Positions 48,522 to 57,802 of a stretch of 64,000 nucleotides of DNA are shown one piece after another. Source of the DNA: a virus. Under the pieces are notes generated by a model, which saw only the letters and a list, made by a program, of their open reading frames with translations, did not search any database and was not told where the DNA came from. A program made the position numbers and the translations under genes. The stretch is taken from IMG/VR virus record IMGVR_UViG_3300048694_001252, positions 32,001-96,000 of that record, one strand, 5' to 3'. Position 1 is the first letter of the stretch. The number at the start of each line of letters is the position of its first letter.

Positions 48522-51311
48522 TTAATGCATCGACGAGCGAGCTATCTTGGCCGTGATTTCCGCACTGGTTTCGTGTGTGCGTTTGATGTTTCTCAAGAGA
48601 TCCAGCATTTCAATCTGATTGGGTTTGGGCTTGGCCAACTCGCTGGCCAGGTCTTTTATGGCCGTTTTGATATCAACCTTGACTGCATCGCGCAGATTTT
48701 GCTGCAATCGATCGGGGTTTGGCAGATCTCCCAGCTGCCGGATGATCTCACCTACTTCACCTAGATCCACGGGAATATTACCGCCCTTGAGTGGTATCAC
48801 AGCTTCAGCACCGGCCTCGCCCACGACACTGGGACCTAGAGCGATGCCTCCTCTGGCCAGTGCGGGTAGATCTTGCACAAACAGATCGTGTTCTTTTTGG
48901 CGTCTTTTTTGCAGAGTCGGATCTACCTTGCCACTGGCTTTGTTATAGAGCAGCATGGCATCAGCAGTTTCTTGATTGATGCGTTTGCCTCGATTGGTCA
49001 CGGTAGACAATACACCGTCACCAAGATTGTAGGCAAAGGATGTCATGGCATCTATCTGGTTTTGACCCCACTCTCGATCTTTGCCGACCGCAACAACCTT
49101 GGCAACTAGATTACCTATCCAGGTTGTGAGTCGTTTGTATGCTTCTTCTTTGTCAATAGTTTTTTTGCCCGAGATTTCATCAGGATCTTCGGTCCTGGTA
49201 CCATAACCAATGCTATATTGTGAATGATCTTTGTAGGCCTTGGCCCTGAATCCTTCAAATTGCATGATCATGTCAATACCTTGACTTGACACGTTTGAAA
49301 TTGGTACCTTTATTGTTTTGGCCGTAGATGATTTTTTCTTGGGCTCTAGAGGTTCACCCATGGCCAGACCGGATGTTTGTTTGGGGTTAGCAGCCGCTGG
49401 AGCAGGTGTTGGTGCTGGCATAGTAGCCGCAGGTTTAGTAGCTGCCGGAGCAGGTGTTGGTTCTGGCATAGTGGCCGCCGGAGCCGGTGCTGCTGGAGCA
49501 GGTGTTGGTGCTGGCATAGTGGCCGCTGGAGCCGGTGCCGCCGGAGCAGGTGTTGGTGCTGGCATAGTGGCCGCAGGTTTAGTAGCTGCCGGAGCAGATG
49601 TTGCGGGAGCAGGTGTTGCCGCCGGAGCAGGTGTTGGTGCTGGCATAGTGGCCGCAGTCTTGGGTGCAGCCTTTTGTTCTTGCTGTCGTTGAGCAGCATC
49701 CTCGGTGCGTTTTTCCTCGGCTCTCTTGTTCCTGAGATCAGCTTCTCTTTTTACGGCCTGATTCAATTCTTCTTTCTGTTGATCCTCACGCTGTTTCTTG
49801 GCTTCAGCATCTTGCTGTTTGGCCCGTTCTCGAGCAGCCTGCCCCTGATCCTGGGCCTGGGCCTTGGGTTCAAGCTCATCTTTTTGTCTCAATATCGTCT
49901 TGTTGAACCATTTGAGCGCTGTGGTAGCAGCCTCTAATCCCCAGGTCATGAGCCCAAACAGAGTACTCACAGGCCCGGCGCCGGCTCGTACAAATTCCTG
50001 CATGGCCAGGCTCAGTTCCAGTTGACTATTTCGTAGTTTGGCCTGTGCTTCGGTGGCAGGATCGGCCTGGCCACTCAGAGTTTTCTGTTGCTGTTTTACC
50101 AATTGCTGGTATTGCGCAGTAAGATCTTTGTTGGCCCGATTGCTGGCATTCACTACTTCATTGAGTGATCCAAAAGTTTCATTGAATGCCATGGATTGAC
50201 CATACATGCCACCAAATCGATCCTTGGTCTTGGCCATGGCATCAAAGGCCTTTTGCATGGCATCGGTGGGGCTTTTCAATCCCTTGCTTGCAGCCATGAG
50301 ATCATTGGCCGCATCAGCACCTATGGTCAATAGCAGTTTGCGAGCCGCGGGATCCTGGAGGTTGCCCGAAAACCAAGCTCTCAGGCCCTTGGCATACAAG
50401 GGTCCAGCAGAATTTTCCATGAGTGTGCTCATGGCCATCATGCTGCGAGCATCTTCTGAACGACCTTGGGCCTCGGCCTGATTTACAGCGGCCAAGAACT
50501 GTTCTTGAGTGAGCGCTTCGGCACGTTGCGTTTCTAATTCTTTGCGTGTGGCACCGGTCAATTGGGTCAGCACATTCATTTCTTGGATATACTCAGCTGC
50601 ACTATGTGCCACCTGCTGATCTGTGCGGCGGGTCGTGGCACCCATGAGATTCTGCTGATTTATATAACCGGCCACACCCTCATTGAGGTCGTTCACGGTC
50701 ATGCCCAGAGCCATATAACCTGTACGGTCTTTTTGCAGCTCTTTGCTGACCTGGGCAAATCGAGTTCGGCCTTCAGCTGCGGTACCACCAAACAGAGCCA
50801 GGCTACGACTATTGGCCGCTATCAGTTGAGCATAGCTCTGGAAATCTTTCATGACCAGACCCATGCTGGCCGCATCTTGGGCCGCACCGGTCATGCCATC
50901 TGCTGCTACTGCGCCCGATTTGCTGAGCGATTGGAACAGTTCAAACTGTTTGTCCAGCATGGCGCCAACGGCACGAGTGTACTCCACAAAAGCCGTGCTG
51001 GTCTTGAGTATGATACCAGCCAATCGAGTGTGCGGGAACCTCAAGAGTATGCTGCCCACGCTGCTCATGGCCTTGCTGCCCTCGGCTAGAGCACCATCAA
51101 AGGCCTTGTATCCCTGTTCACCGCGATAGAGATCGCCCGTGAGCTGCTTGACACTGCGCAGCATGTGGGACAGGGCTTCGCGGCGCAGACGATTTATTTC
51201 TTTTTGGTTGGCTTCGGCCGCGGCCGCGGCCTGTTCGGCATCTCGCGCAGCCTGCTCTTTTTCTTGCTGAAGCTTCTGGATGGCATCCAGCAGTTCTTTA
51301 TTGTCGGCCAT
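48522..51311 (-). CDS. Tape-measure-like protein with Pro/Ala/Thr linker and GH24 lysozyme domain
   Basis: Long Ala/Gln-rich helical region; MQFEGFRAKAYKD...SIGYGT...QIDAMTSFAYNLG...RRQKE; C-terminal GEAGAEAVIPL. Confidence 0.75.
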   Translation of the reverse strand: MADNKELLDAIQKLQQEKEQAARDAEQAAAAAEANQKEINRLRREALSHMLRSVKQLTGDLYRGEQGYKAFDGALAEGSKAMSSVGSILLRFPHTRLAGIILKTSTAFVEYTRAVGAMLDKQFELFQSLSKSGAVAADGMTGAAQDAASMGLVMKDFQSYAQLIAANSRSLALFGGTAAEGRTRFAQVSKELQKDRTGYMALGMTVNDLNEGVAGYINQQNLMGATTRRTDQQVAHSAAEYIQEMNVLTQLTGATRKELETQRAEALTQEQFLAAVNQAEAQGRSEDARSMMAMSTLMENSAGPLYAKGLRAWFSGNLQDPAARKLLLTIGADAANDLMAASKGLKSPTDAMQKAFDAMAKTKDRFGGMYGQSMAFNETFGSLNEVVNASNRANKDLTAQYQQLVKQQQKTLSGQADPATEAQAKLRNSQLELSLAMQEFVRAGAGPVSTLFGLMTWGLEAATTALKWFNKTILRQKDELEPKAQAQDQGQAARERAKQQDAEAKKQREDQQKEELNQAVKREADLRNKRAEEKRTEDAAQRQQEQKAAPKTAATMPAPTPAPAATPAPATSAPAATKPAATMPAPTPAPAAPAPAATMPAPTPAPAAPAPAATMPEPTPAPAATKPAATMPAPTPAPAAANPKQTSGLAMGEPLEPKKKSSTAKTIKVPISNVSSQGIDMIMQFEGFRAKAYKDHSQYSIGYGTRTEDPDEISGKKTIDKEEAYKRLTTWIGNLVAKVVAVGKDREWGQNQIDAMTSFAYNLGDGVLSTVTNRGKRINQETADAMLLYNKASGKVDPTLQKRRQKEHDLFVQDLPALARGGIALGPSVVGEAGAEAVIPLKGGNIPVDLGEVGEIIRQLGDLPNPDRLQQNLRDAVKVDIKTAIKDLASELAKPKPNQIEMLDLLRNIKRTHETSAEITAKIARSSMH
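49394..49657 (-). repeat. Tandem coding repeat (AATMPAPTPAPA...)
   Basis: Five to six near-identical units. Confidence 0.85.
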
Positions 51312-51322
51312 GTTCTAACCCC

Positions 51323-51341
51323 ATAAATATCCTATATTTAT
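51323..51341. promoter_or_regulatory. Overlapping late promoters on both strands (inverted repeat)
   Basis: ATAAATAT-CCT-ATATTTAT between divergent genes. Confidence 0.7.
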
Positions 51342-51350
51342 AGGTATTTT

Positions 51351-52193
51351 ATGACCCAAACTCCCAACCCTTTACAAGCCTGGTTTCGTCGTGCTGCGAT
51401 CTATATGCGTTTGCCCAGCCAGGGTCAACACTGGCCCGAAGGCTCACTGGACATGCCCGCAAACGGAGAATTTCCCGTGTTGCCCATGACCGCCCTGGAC
51501 GAAATTACCTACCGCACACCCGATGCTCTGTTCAATGGTCAGGCCGTGGTAGATGTGGTACAGAGCTGCCTGCCCAACATACGCGACGCCTGGCTCATGC
51601 CCAGTACCGATCTCATTAGCGTGTTGATCAGCATCAGGATCGCCAGCTACGGACAGGACATGGAAATTGTCAGTACCTGTCCCAAATGTAATGAAACCCA
51701 GGACTATACCCTGGATCTCAGACAGATCCTGGATGGGCTTAGCCAGGCCGATTTTGGTCAAAACCTGGTAATCAACGATCTGGAAGTGTTCTTTACACCC
51801 ATGAACTATCGTCAACAGACACAGATTGGCATGGATCAATACGAAACCCAGCGCCTGATAGCCAACAGTCAAGACGCAGCTCTAACCGATGATCAGAAAA
51901 ATCAGGCCCTGAACGAGGCCATGAAACGCATCAGCCAAGCCACCACTCGGGCCATGGCATTCGGCATAGCAGGCATACGAGCACCATCGGGCTTTGCCAG
52001 CGAGCCTGAACACATCATGGAATTCCTTACACAGTGCGATCGCCGTGTGTATGCAGCCATACGCGATCATCAGGTCACACTGCGCGAAGCCGGTGAGATC
52101 AAACCTGTAGATATCACTTGTAGCGGTTGTGAAAATCGATATCAACAACAGATTGAACTGGACCTGGCAAATTTTTTCGCAGCCGCCTCTTGA
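51351..52193 (+). CDS. Baseplate hub / tail assembly protein (T4 gp26-like)
   Basis: LPSQG, VLPMTALDE, LISIRIASYG, two CxxC motifs, C-terminal NFF. Confidence 0.7.
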   Translation: MTQTPNPLQAWFRRAAIYMRLPSQGQHWPEGSLDMPANGEFPVLPMTALDEITYRTPDALFNGQAVVDVVQSCLPNIRDAWLMPSTDLISVLISIRIASYGQDMEIVSTCPKCNETQDYTLDLRQILDGLSQADFGQNLVINDLEVFFTPMNYRQQTQIGMDQYETQRLIANSQDAALTDDQKNQALNEAMKRISQATTRAMAFGIAGIRAPSGFASEPEHIMEFLTQCDRRVYAAIRDHQVTLREAGEIKPVDITCSGCENRYQQQIELDLANFFAAAS

Positions 52194-52408
52194 TGCTGTC
52201 AGTTGGCGATATCGAAAAACAAATCACCAGCATGGAGCAAGAGGCGGCGGCAATCAGATCCAATTGCATGAAGATGGCCTGGCACATGCGCGGTGGCGCC
52301 AGTTACGAACACATACTGTTGATGAGCAGTCACGAACGCGAAGCCATTGGCAATCTCATCAAGGAAAATATCGAAACCACAAACAAGACTCGATTGCCTT
52401 GGTTCTGA
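52190..52408 (+). CDS. Baseplate hub assembly protein (gp51-like); possibly the -1 frameshift extension of the upstream gene
   Basis: WHMRGGASY...MS..ERE.I; lies in the -1 frame after A AAT TTT TTC. Confidence 0.65.
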   Translation: MMLSVGDIEKQITSMEQEAAAIRSNCMKMAWHMRGGASYEHILLMSSHEREAIGNLIKENIETTNKTRLPWF

Positions 52409-52420
52409 CTGGTAATAGAG

Positions 52421-52840
52421 AGATCTCTTGCGAGATCTGTTGATTCGCTTGCGCTCATCAACTGTTTCCGAGCGGAGCGATTTTTAGGATCATCTAGATG
52501 GAGTGGTCACACTTGGCCCGCACAGGGCCAAGATTGATCTGCACATCATCTGAGTATCGCAGTCACCTAGCGTTAGAGCATTACAGAGGCGGTTGTCCGG
52601 TACCTCGAGCTCCGTCTTATTACAACGGCGGCCTGCATCAAATACGCTAACATTCCATGCAGACGTGCACGATCACTCGTGCGTCATTGGGCCTTGATAT
52701 CCTGTTCTAACAATCAAACCCCGGCGTTTTGGGATCCTCGTCCTGTGAAGGATAGTGATTGAGAGCTCCTGCGGCGGAGTCTTTGGTCCCGGTGATCCGA
52801 TAGATCCCGTTGTCATCAGTGCACGAATTTGGCCTGCACT
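52421..52840 (-). ncRNA. Putative large structured non-coding RNA of unrecognised family
   Basis: No ORF of 60 aa or more lies within it; about ten helices; GNRA loops (GUGA, GCAA twice) and G-U pairs on the minus strand; potential pseudoknot UUAGCG/CGCUAG. Confidence 0.65.
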
Positions 52841-53279
52841 AGCCCTGACCGCTTAGTTTGCCTCGGATATGACTGCCATGCACACGTACCTGGATGTGGC
52901 CGTTGTAGTAGCTGTCACTCTCTAACACACGCTGACTAAATTGTTCTCTTGCTTCGATGTAGCTGCATTCTGCCCGGCTTTTGCAATAATAAAGTATTTC
53001 GCGCTGGAAGTTTTGGTTGCCTAGTTTTGCGATGTCTTGGAGCAGTTGGGGGCTAGACCCCCAATAGTCTCGCCAATCACTCTCGACTTGTGTGCGTATT
53101 TTGCGTTTTCGTTTGTTGCCGTTTTTGAATTTGACTGTGCGTTGCCTGGTCTTGCGAAATTGAGCTAGTTTTTTGCCTATGTACTTGCGCTGCGTGATGA
53201 GATTGGTTATTTCATATACAAAACCCGCACAATCTAGGGGCAGTTGTTCTACTGGGTTGCCTTGATATAGCCATGTCAT
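52839..53279 (-). CDS. Compact GIY-YIG nuclease (catalytic domain only)
   Basis: GFVYEITNLITQRKYIGKK, YWGSS, REIL, SYIE, YYN; basic insert KFKNGNKRKRKIR; no NUMOD tail. Confidence 0.8.
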   Translation of the reverse strand: MTWLYQGNPVEQLPLDCAGFVYEITNLITQRKYIGKKLAQFRKTRQRTVKFKNGNKRKRKIRTQVESDWRDYWGSSPQLLQDIAKLGNQNFQREILYYCKSRAECSYIEAREQFSQRVLESDSYYNGHIQVRVHGSHIRGKLSGQG

Positions 53280-53308
53280 AATGACATATAATTATGACAT
53301 TTGTGAAA

Positions 53309-53791
53309 TTATATGTTTTTTTCATAGACCCACCCTTGATTGTTGGTTTCCACGCTGTAGATCCAGGAAAATGTAGGCCATGTCCATTCCAGCCACCACT
53401 CACCGTTGAAACCTAGATAATTGCTGTGTATGATAGGTTCTACAGAGATACCACGTTCCTGCGCGTATTGATAGTAACTCGCGGTATACTCGGGTCGATA
53501 ACGTGTGTGTCGCATGAAACTGTCGTAAAAAAACTTTTCGATTCCTATGCGTTTTATTATAACAGCCTTGTCTCGACCATCGCGATTGTCGCTCTCCCGT
53601 TTGTTCAAAAAGAACACACTGAGTCTGTTGTGATCTAGAGCAGGCAGGGTCCAGGTAAATTCACTTTCGTTATCACACAGACCTTGATGTAACACACGGT
53701 CGTTGAATAGTATCTGTACGGCAGGAGGATCCTGCCATAACACTGGTTGTAAAACCAAGTCCAAAATCACATCACGTTCCGCAATAGCCAT
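53309..53791 (-). CDS. Hypothetical protein (160 aa)
   Basis: Overlaps the radical SAM gene; DKAVII.RIGIE and YLGFNGEW motifs; start placed at MAIAERD. Confidence 0.6.
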   Translation of the reverse strand: MAIAERDVILDLVLQPVLWQDPPAVQILFNDRVLHQGLCDNESEFTWTLPALDHNRLSVFFLNKRESDNRDGRDKAVIIKRIGIEKFFYDSFMRHTRYRPEYTASYYQYAQERGISVEPIIHSNYLGFNGEWWLEWTWPTFSWIYSVETNNQGWVYEKNI

Positions 53792-55091
53792 ATTGAGATA
53801 GTAGATTGTAATGAACCAGCGAATAATCGCGCAAGTTAATAGACTTGAGACGATCCCATTCATCTAGACGTTTGGCACACGTGGTCAGTAAATCATGAAC
53901 ATCTGCGGGTTCTGGTTGTTCAAGATATCTAATAATACTCTGACACTCGTTGCGTATACTGATGTTGATCCTACCGGGATCTTTTTGATTATTGAGTTGG
54001 GCCGAGTCTGTGCCCGGTACCCGATCTAGAATTGTTTGGATGTGTTTGATGGTCTCGCTCTTGATATGCTGTGGTAGTAACCGACCCACTTGCCAGGGTG
54101 GATTGATCATCAAACTGTTATCTATGGGAATGCCATGACTCCAAGCCCACTCGATCAAGTTGCCATATGTAGGTAAACTCAGGAGTCCGGGCACAGTTCT
54201 AATAGCCAGACTGGTGTTTTGTGGACGTTGATCTATAAGCACTTGGATATTTCGCAATATCTGCGATATATTGCCGCCTTGGCGTATATAATCACCGATG
54301 GTATCTACGCTTTCGATACTGATTCCAATTTCAGTCCGTTTGAACTGACCGAGACGCTTAAAATATCTAGTATAGTCCAAGCTACCATTGATGGTGAAAC
54401 TGAAGTTCACATCATGAGCATAGTTCCGGTCAATGAAGTAATCAAGCAACCAATCAAACCTGGGCATCAAACCCACTTCACCACCAATCACGTGTATGAC
54501 CTTGATTTGATGTGCCGAACTGTCAAGAAAATCCACAAAGTTTTTCCATCCTGTGGCATCATCGGACCAGTGCGTAAAATCACTGTCTGGCGGCAACCAA
54601 TTCAGCTGACGATGTTCCTGTTGTAGTTTGCTGCTGAAGTAAGGATTACACATCCTACAGGCAAAGTTACAGACATCACCAAGATTGATATGCAAACTAT
54701 GTGGTGTAGTTTCGGTCAGCCCTTGATTGAGTTCGCTGAATCTAAATCGGTGATAGTTGGGACTTTGAACATAACTTCTTTCAAATGAATCGTGGAATAT
54801 GACAGATTTCATGTTTTCTTTGCGCCGTATACTCTCATACCCAACAGCATCTTTGGTCTGACACATACGACACATGGGATCTGGGGTATCACCCAGCTTG
54901 ATCATGCGAGCCTGGCGCATACGTTCTCCATTCCAGTAATCCTGCATGGTAATGCGCTTGATGTTCCAGATCTTGCCCAGGGCGGTGCCTCGAATTTTGT
55001 CATTCTGGCAACCACAGAGGTCAAAACTACCATCATGATTGATGTTGAGTTCGTACCAGGGAACACCACAAAATATTTTACTGTTGGGCAT
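53772..55091 (-). CDS. Radical SAM protein with N-terminal SPASM/twitch-like Cys cluster
   Basis: C..PW...DG...CGC and CRMC, then CNFACRMC, IGGE, YIR.G. Confidence 0.85.
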   Translation of the reverse strand: MPNSKIFCGVPWYELNINHDGSFDLCGCQNDKIRGTALGKIWNIKRITMQDYWNGERMRQARMIKLGDTPDPMCRMCQTKDAVGYESIRRKENMKSVIFHDSFERSYVQSPNYHRFRFSELNQGLTETTPHSLHINLGDVCNFACRMCNPYFSSKLQQEHRQLNWLPPDSDFTHWSDDATGWKNFVDFLDSSAHQIKVIHVIGGEVGLMPRFDWLLDYFIDRNYAHDVNFSFTINGSLDYTRYFKRLGQFKRTEIGISIESVDTIGDYIRQGGNISQILRNIQVLIDQRPQNTSLAIRTVPGLLSLPTYGNLIEWAWSHGIPIDNSLMINPPWQVGRLLPQHIKSETIKHIQTILDRVPGTDSAQLNNQKDPGRINISIRNECQSIIRYLEQPEPADVHDLLTTCAKRLDEWDRLKSINLRDYSLVHYNLLSQYGYCGT

Positions 55092-56055
55092 TTTTACACT
55101 TGAGTTGACAGATCTCTACGGGATTGTGTTCCAGTCCATCCTGAAACTGCTGCCATAGCTGATGGTCGTTCATGATATCAAAAAACGAACGACGGCGTAT
55201 GCTCAAAAGATCACGATGTTGTCTTACGAATTCATTGTATTGATAATCACTGCTGAACCATGGGCAAGGTGAGACCACACCGTTGACTCCAATAAACAAA
55301 TCTTTTTTGTAGTTCAAACAACGTGCCCAGGCATGCGGAAACCGTGGTTCTGACACAGCGATAGCTGCATACTCACAGGGATTGATCACATCTATGTTGG
55401 CGTCATAGATTAGATTTTGAGATACCAGATCCGGTCTTGGCTTGAGACGGTCCAAACCATTTACACTATAGCTATGATCAAATTTGCTACTTTTCACAGT
55501 CTGGAACCAGTTACAACCTAGATCTCGAGCTAGATCGCGTATAGAATCTATATGATCTTGATTGAAGGCAAAGTAAATGGTGCTCCATTTGATTAGGCAA
55601 TCACTGCTGCGTCTCAGCGCACGAATACCTTCCTGGATGGTCGCAAAGTCACTGTTCACACGATACTGGTTGTTGCTGTGATCGTCCCAACCATCCACGC
55701 TGAATGTGACCATGTCGTTGCGATCTAACATGCGACCCAGTTGACTCCACCACTGGGCTTTTTTGTAACTGCCATTGGTGATAGTGCGGATACGAACATT
55801 GCTGTTTTGCTTGATGTAATTGATGATATCTAAAAAATCACTGGCATAGATGGGGTCACCTATGTCACCGCAGAACAGTATGTGTTTGATTCGTGCTAGT
55901 GTCTCGGGGGGGAATCCTCTTTGAAAATCTCCAAGACTGATTTCCTGATTGATGCGATCGAGATCAAGCTCGGTCCTGGGGCAACGTGGACATCTAAGCA
56001 CACATTTGCTACTGAGCTCAATGTGAATACTATCAGTGTTAAACAACGTCAACAT
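55078..56055 (-). CDS. Radical SAM protein with C-terminal Cys cluster
   Basis: CVLRCPRC, CGDIGDP, TNGS, FSVDG, PCPW, CQLKC; start placed at MLTLFN. Confidence 0.85.
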   Translation of the reverse strand: MLTLFNTDSIHIELSSKCVLRCPRCPRTELDLDRINQEISLGDFQRGFPPETLARIKHILFCGDIGDPIYASDFLDIINYIKQNSNVRIRTITNGSYKKAQWWSQLGRMLDRNDMVTFSVDGWDDHSNNQYRVNSDFATIQEGIRALRRSSDCLIKWSTIYFAFNQDHIDSIRDLARDLGCNWFQTVKSSKFDHSYSVNGLDRLKPRPDLVSQNLIYDANIDVINPCEYAAIAVSEPRFPHAWARCLNYKKDLFIGVNGVVSPCPWFSSDYQYNEFVRQHRDLLSIRRRSFFDIMNDHQLWQQFQDGLEHNPVEICQLKCKNAQQ

Positions 56056-57802
56056 CGGTATTATAGTTAGTAAACCCGCCCTCTTTGACCACACGCAGGA
56101 TATTCTCCACACGTCCAGCCAGCTCATCCCGGTGACTGACCAGCCAGATGCTCTTGTGGCGCTCGCGGCTCATCTTTTTCAGTAGAGCCAGACTGTTTTC
56201 TACACCTTGTGTATCCATGCCGGAATCTACCAGTTCATCTATGAATAGCACGTTGATGGTGCTGTAGAGGCTTTCCCATACATCCCGGAACGCCCAGCTC
56301 ATGCTCAAGATCAAGCGATTGCGTTCACCACGCGACAGATTATCAAAGTCCAGGTCACGACCCAGTTCAGTGATAGTGACCGAAAGATCGTTTTGGAATA
56401 TGACCTGATGCGGCAATCCTATGCGGTCCAGGTACCAGGTCAGTCTAGAGTTGAGATAGCTGAGATTCTGTTCTATGATCTTTTTACGGATAAAGCTGTC
56501 TTTGTTGGTAAGCAGCTTCAAGAGAAAGTCCTGATGCTCGTGCAGGCGAGTCAAAGTGTTGAGAGCGTCATAGGTCACGATCTGGAGAGCCTGATTCTGC
56601 ATGTCCGAGATCTGATCAGCATAGGGATCAATTTCGATCTGGCGCACAGCCAATTCACGGCGCAATTGTTCCAGGCTGTTGCGATGATTCAGGGCCTGCT
56701 CAAGATCATCGTAGAACATGGCGGGTGGCTTGCCCAATTCACCCAGCTCTCGCAACGTTGCCAGATGTTCCTGTTCCTGTGTATCTGCGGCCAACCATTG
56801 CAGGGCCGCTTCCTGCAGATGAGTCTGTTTTTCCTTGAGTATCTTGTCTTGCTTGTCGTCATGTATGTTCTGACCGCAGGCATAGCATTGGTGTTTGCTC
56901 AATTGATCGATTTCCCGTTCCAGCTGGCTCTGTTGCTTTTCCAGTTTGGTTTTGTCTGTGCGTATAGTGCGGAGATACTGGTTGCACTGATCGATCTGTT
57001 TCTTGACTTCGTTATAGCGATCCAGATCACGATGCGCCTGTATCTCCTGCTCAATGTCGATGTGTTCCAGTTCCTGTATCGAAGTCAGGAAAGCTGCACA
57101 GTCCTCGCGTTGCTTTTTACCCCAAAGAGTCTGGCGTTTGCGCAGACTTTCAATCTGTTCTTCGATACGTCGATTGGCCTCCTGCACGGCCCGGATACGC
57201 ATTTCTTCCTGAGTGATGCTGTCGCGGGTTTCACGATTGAGTTCTTTCACGCGATCAGCCCGCTCACTCAGTAGCGTGATGCCTAGCAGTTGTTCGATTA
57301 TGGCGCGCTGGTCATTGGCCTTGAGAGCTAGGAAAGGTTCAGTATAGGTATTGAGTGCCAATACATGACGGAACATGTCATGGCTGAGACCCAGGATTCG
57401 TTCTATTGCGGTTTGGGTTTCGCGGCTATCGCCCTGACTGTTGTCCTGTGAGGCCTGCTCTTCCTGATTCACATAGAATTTGAGCACGTTGGGCTTGCGA
57501 CCGCGCTCGATACGATAGTCCACACCGTTCACGGCAAATTCCAGGCTGACCAACATGTTTTTGGCATTGGTCTTGTTGATGAGATTGTCTCGGCGTATGT
57601 TAGTAAGAGCCTGACCATACAGTGCATAGCTCAGAGCATTGATGATCGTGGTCTTGCCAGTACCGTTCCGGCTGCCATCACCGCCCAGGTCTAGATTTTC
57701 ACCCAGGACCAAGGTAAGGTCCCGGCGATCAAAATTGATGGCTTGGGTAGCATTGCCCACGCTCATGAAGTTGCGTACTGTGAGATCTCGTATGTGTATC
57801 AT
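56039..57802 (-). CDS. gp46: Recombination endonuclease ATPase subunit (gp46/SbcC/Rad50-like)
   Basis: NGTGKTT, zinc hook CYACGQ, LSRGE, FIDE, SHR. Confidence 0.93.
   Translation of the reverse strand: MIHIRDLTVRNFMSVGNATQAINFDRRDLTLVLGENLDLGGDGSRNGTGKTTIINALSYALYGQALTNIRRDNLINKTNAKNMLVSLEFAVNGVDYRIERGRKPNVLKFYVNQEEQASQDNSQGDSRETQTAIERILGLSHDMFRHVLALNTYTEPFLALKANDQRAIIEQLLGITLLSERADRVKELNRETRDSITQEEMRIRAVQEANRRIEEQIESLRKRQTLWGKKQREDCAAFLTSIQELEHIDIEQEIQAHRDLDRYNEVKKQIDQCNQYLRTIRTDKTKLEKQQSQLEREIDQLSKHQCYACGQNIHDDKQDKILKEKQTHLQEAALQWLAADTQEQEHLATLRELGELGKPPAMFYDDLEQALNHRNSLEQLRRELAVRQIEIDPYADQISDMQNQALQIVTYDALNTLTRLHEHQDFLLKLLTNKDSFIRKKIIEQNLSYLNSRLTWYLDRIGLPHQVIFQNDLSVTITELGRDLDFDNLSRGERNRLILSMSWAFRDVWESLYSTINVLFIDELVDSGMDTQGVENSLALLKKMSRERHKSIWLVSHRDELAGRVENILRVVKEGGFTNYNTDVDVV

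Noticed and set aside
52421-52840. Group I/II intron, RNase P, tmRNA or hammerhead (CUGAUGA near 52813-52819)
   Set aside because: No interrupted gene, no P7 or domain V motif, no RNase P or tmRNA termini, and no correctly placed GAAA or stem II for a hammerhead.
56393-57274. 293-aa + strand ORF and similar antisense ORFs over core genes
   Set aside because: They lie opposite well-recognised genes and have no motifs or expression signals.
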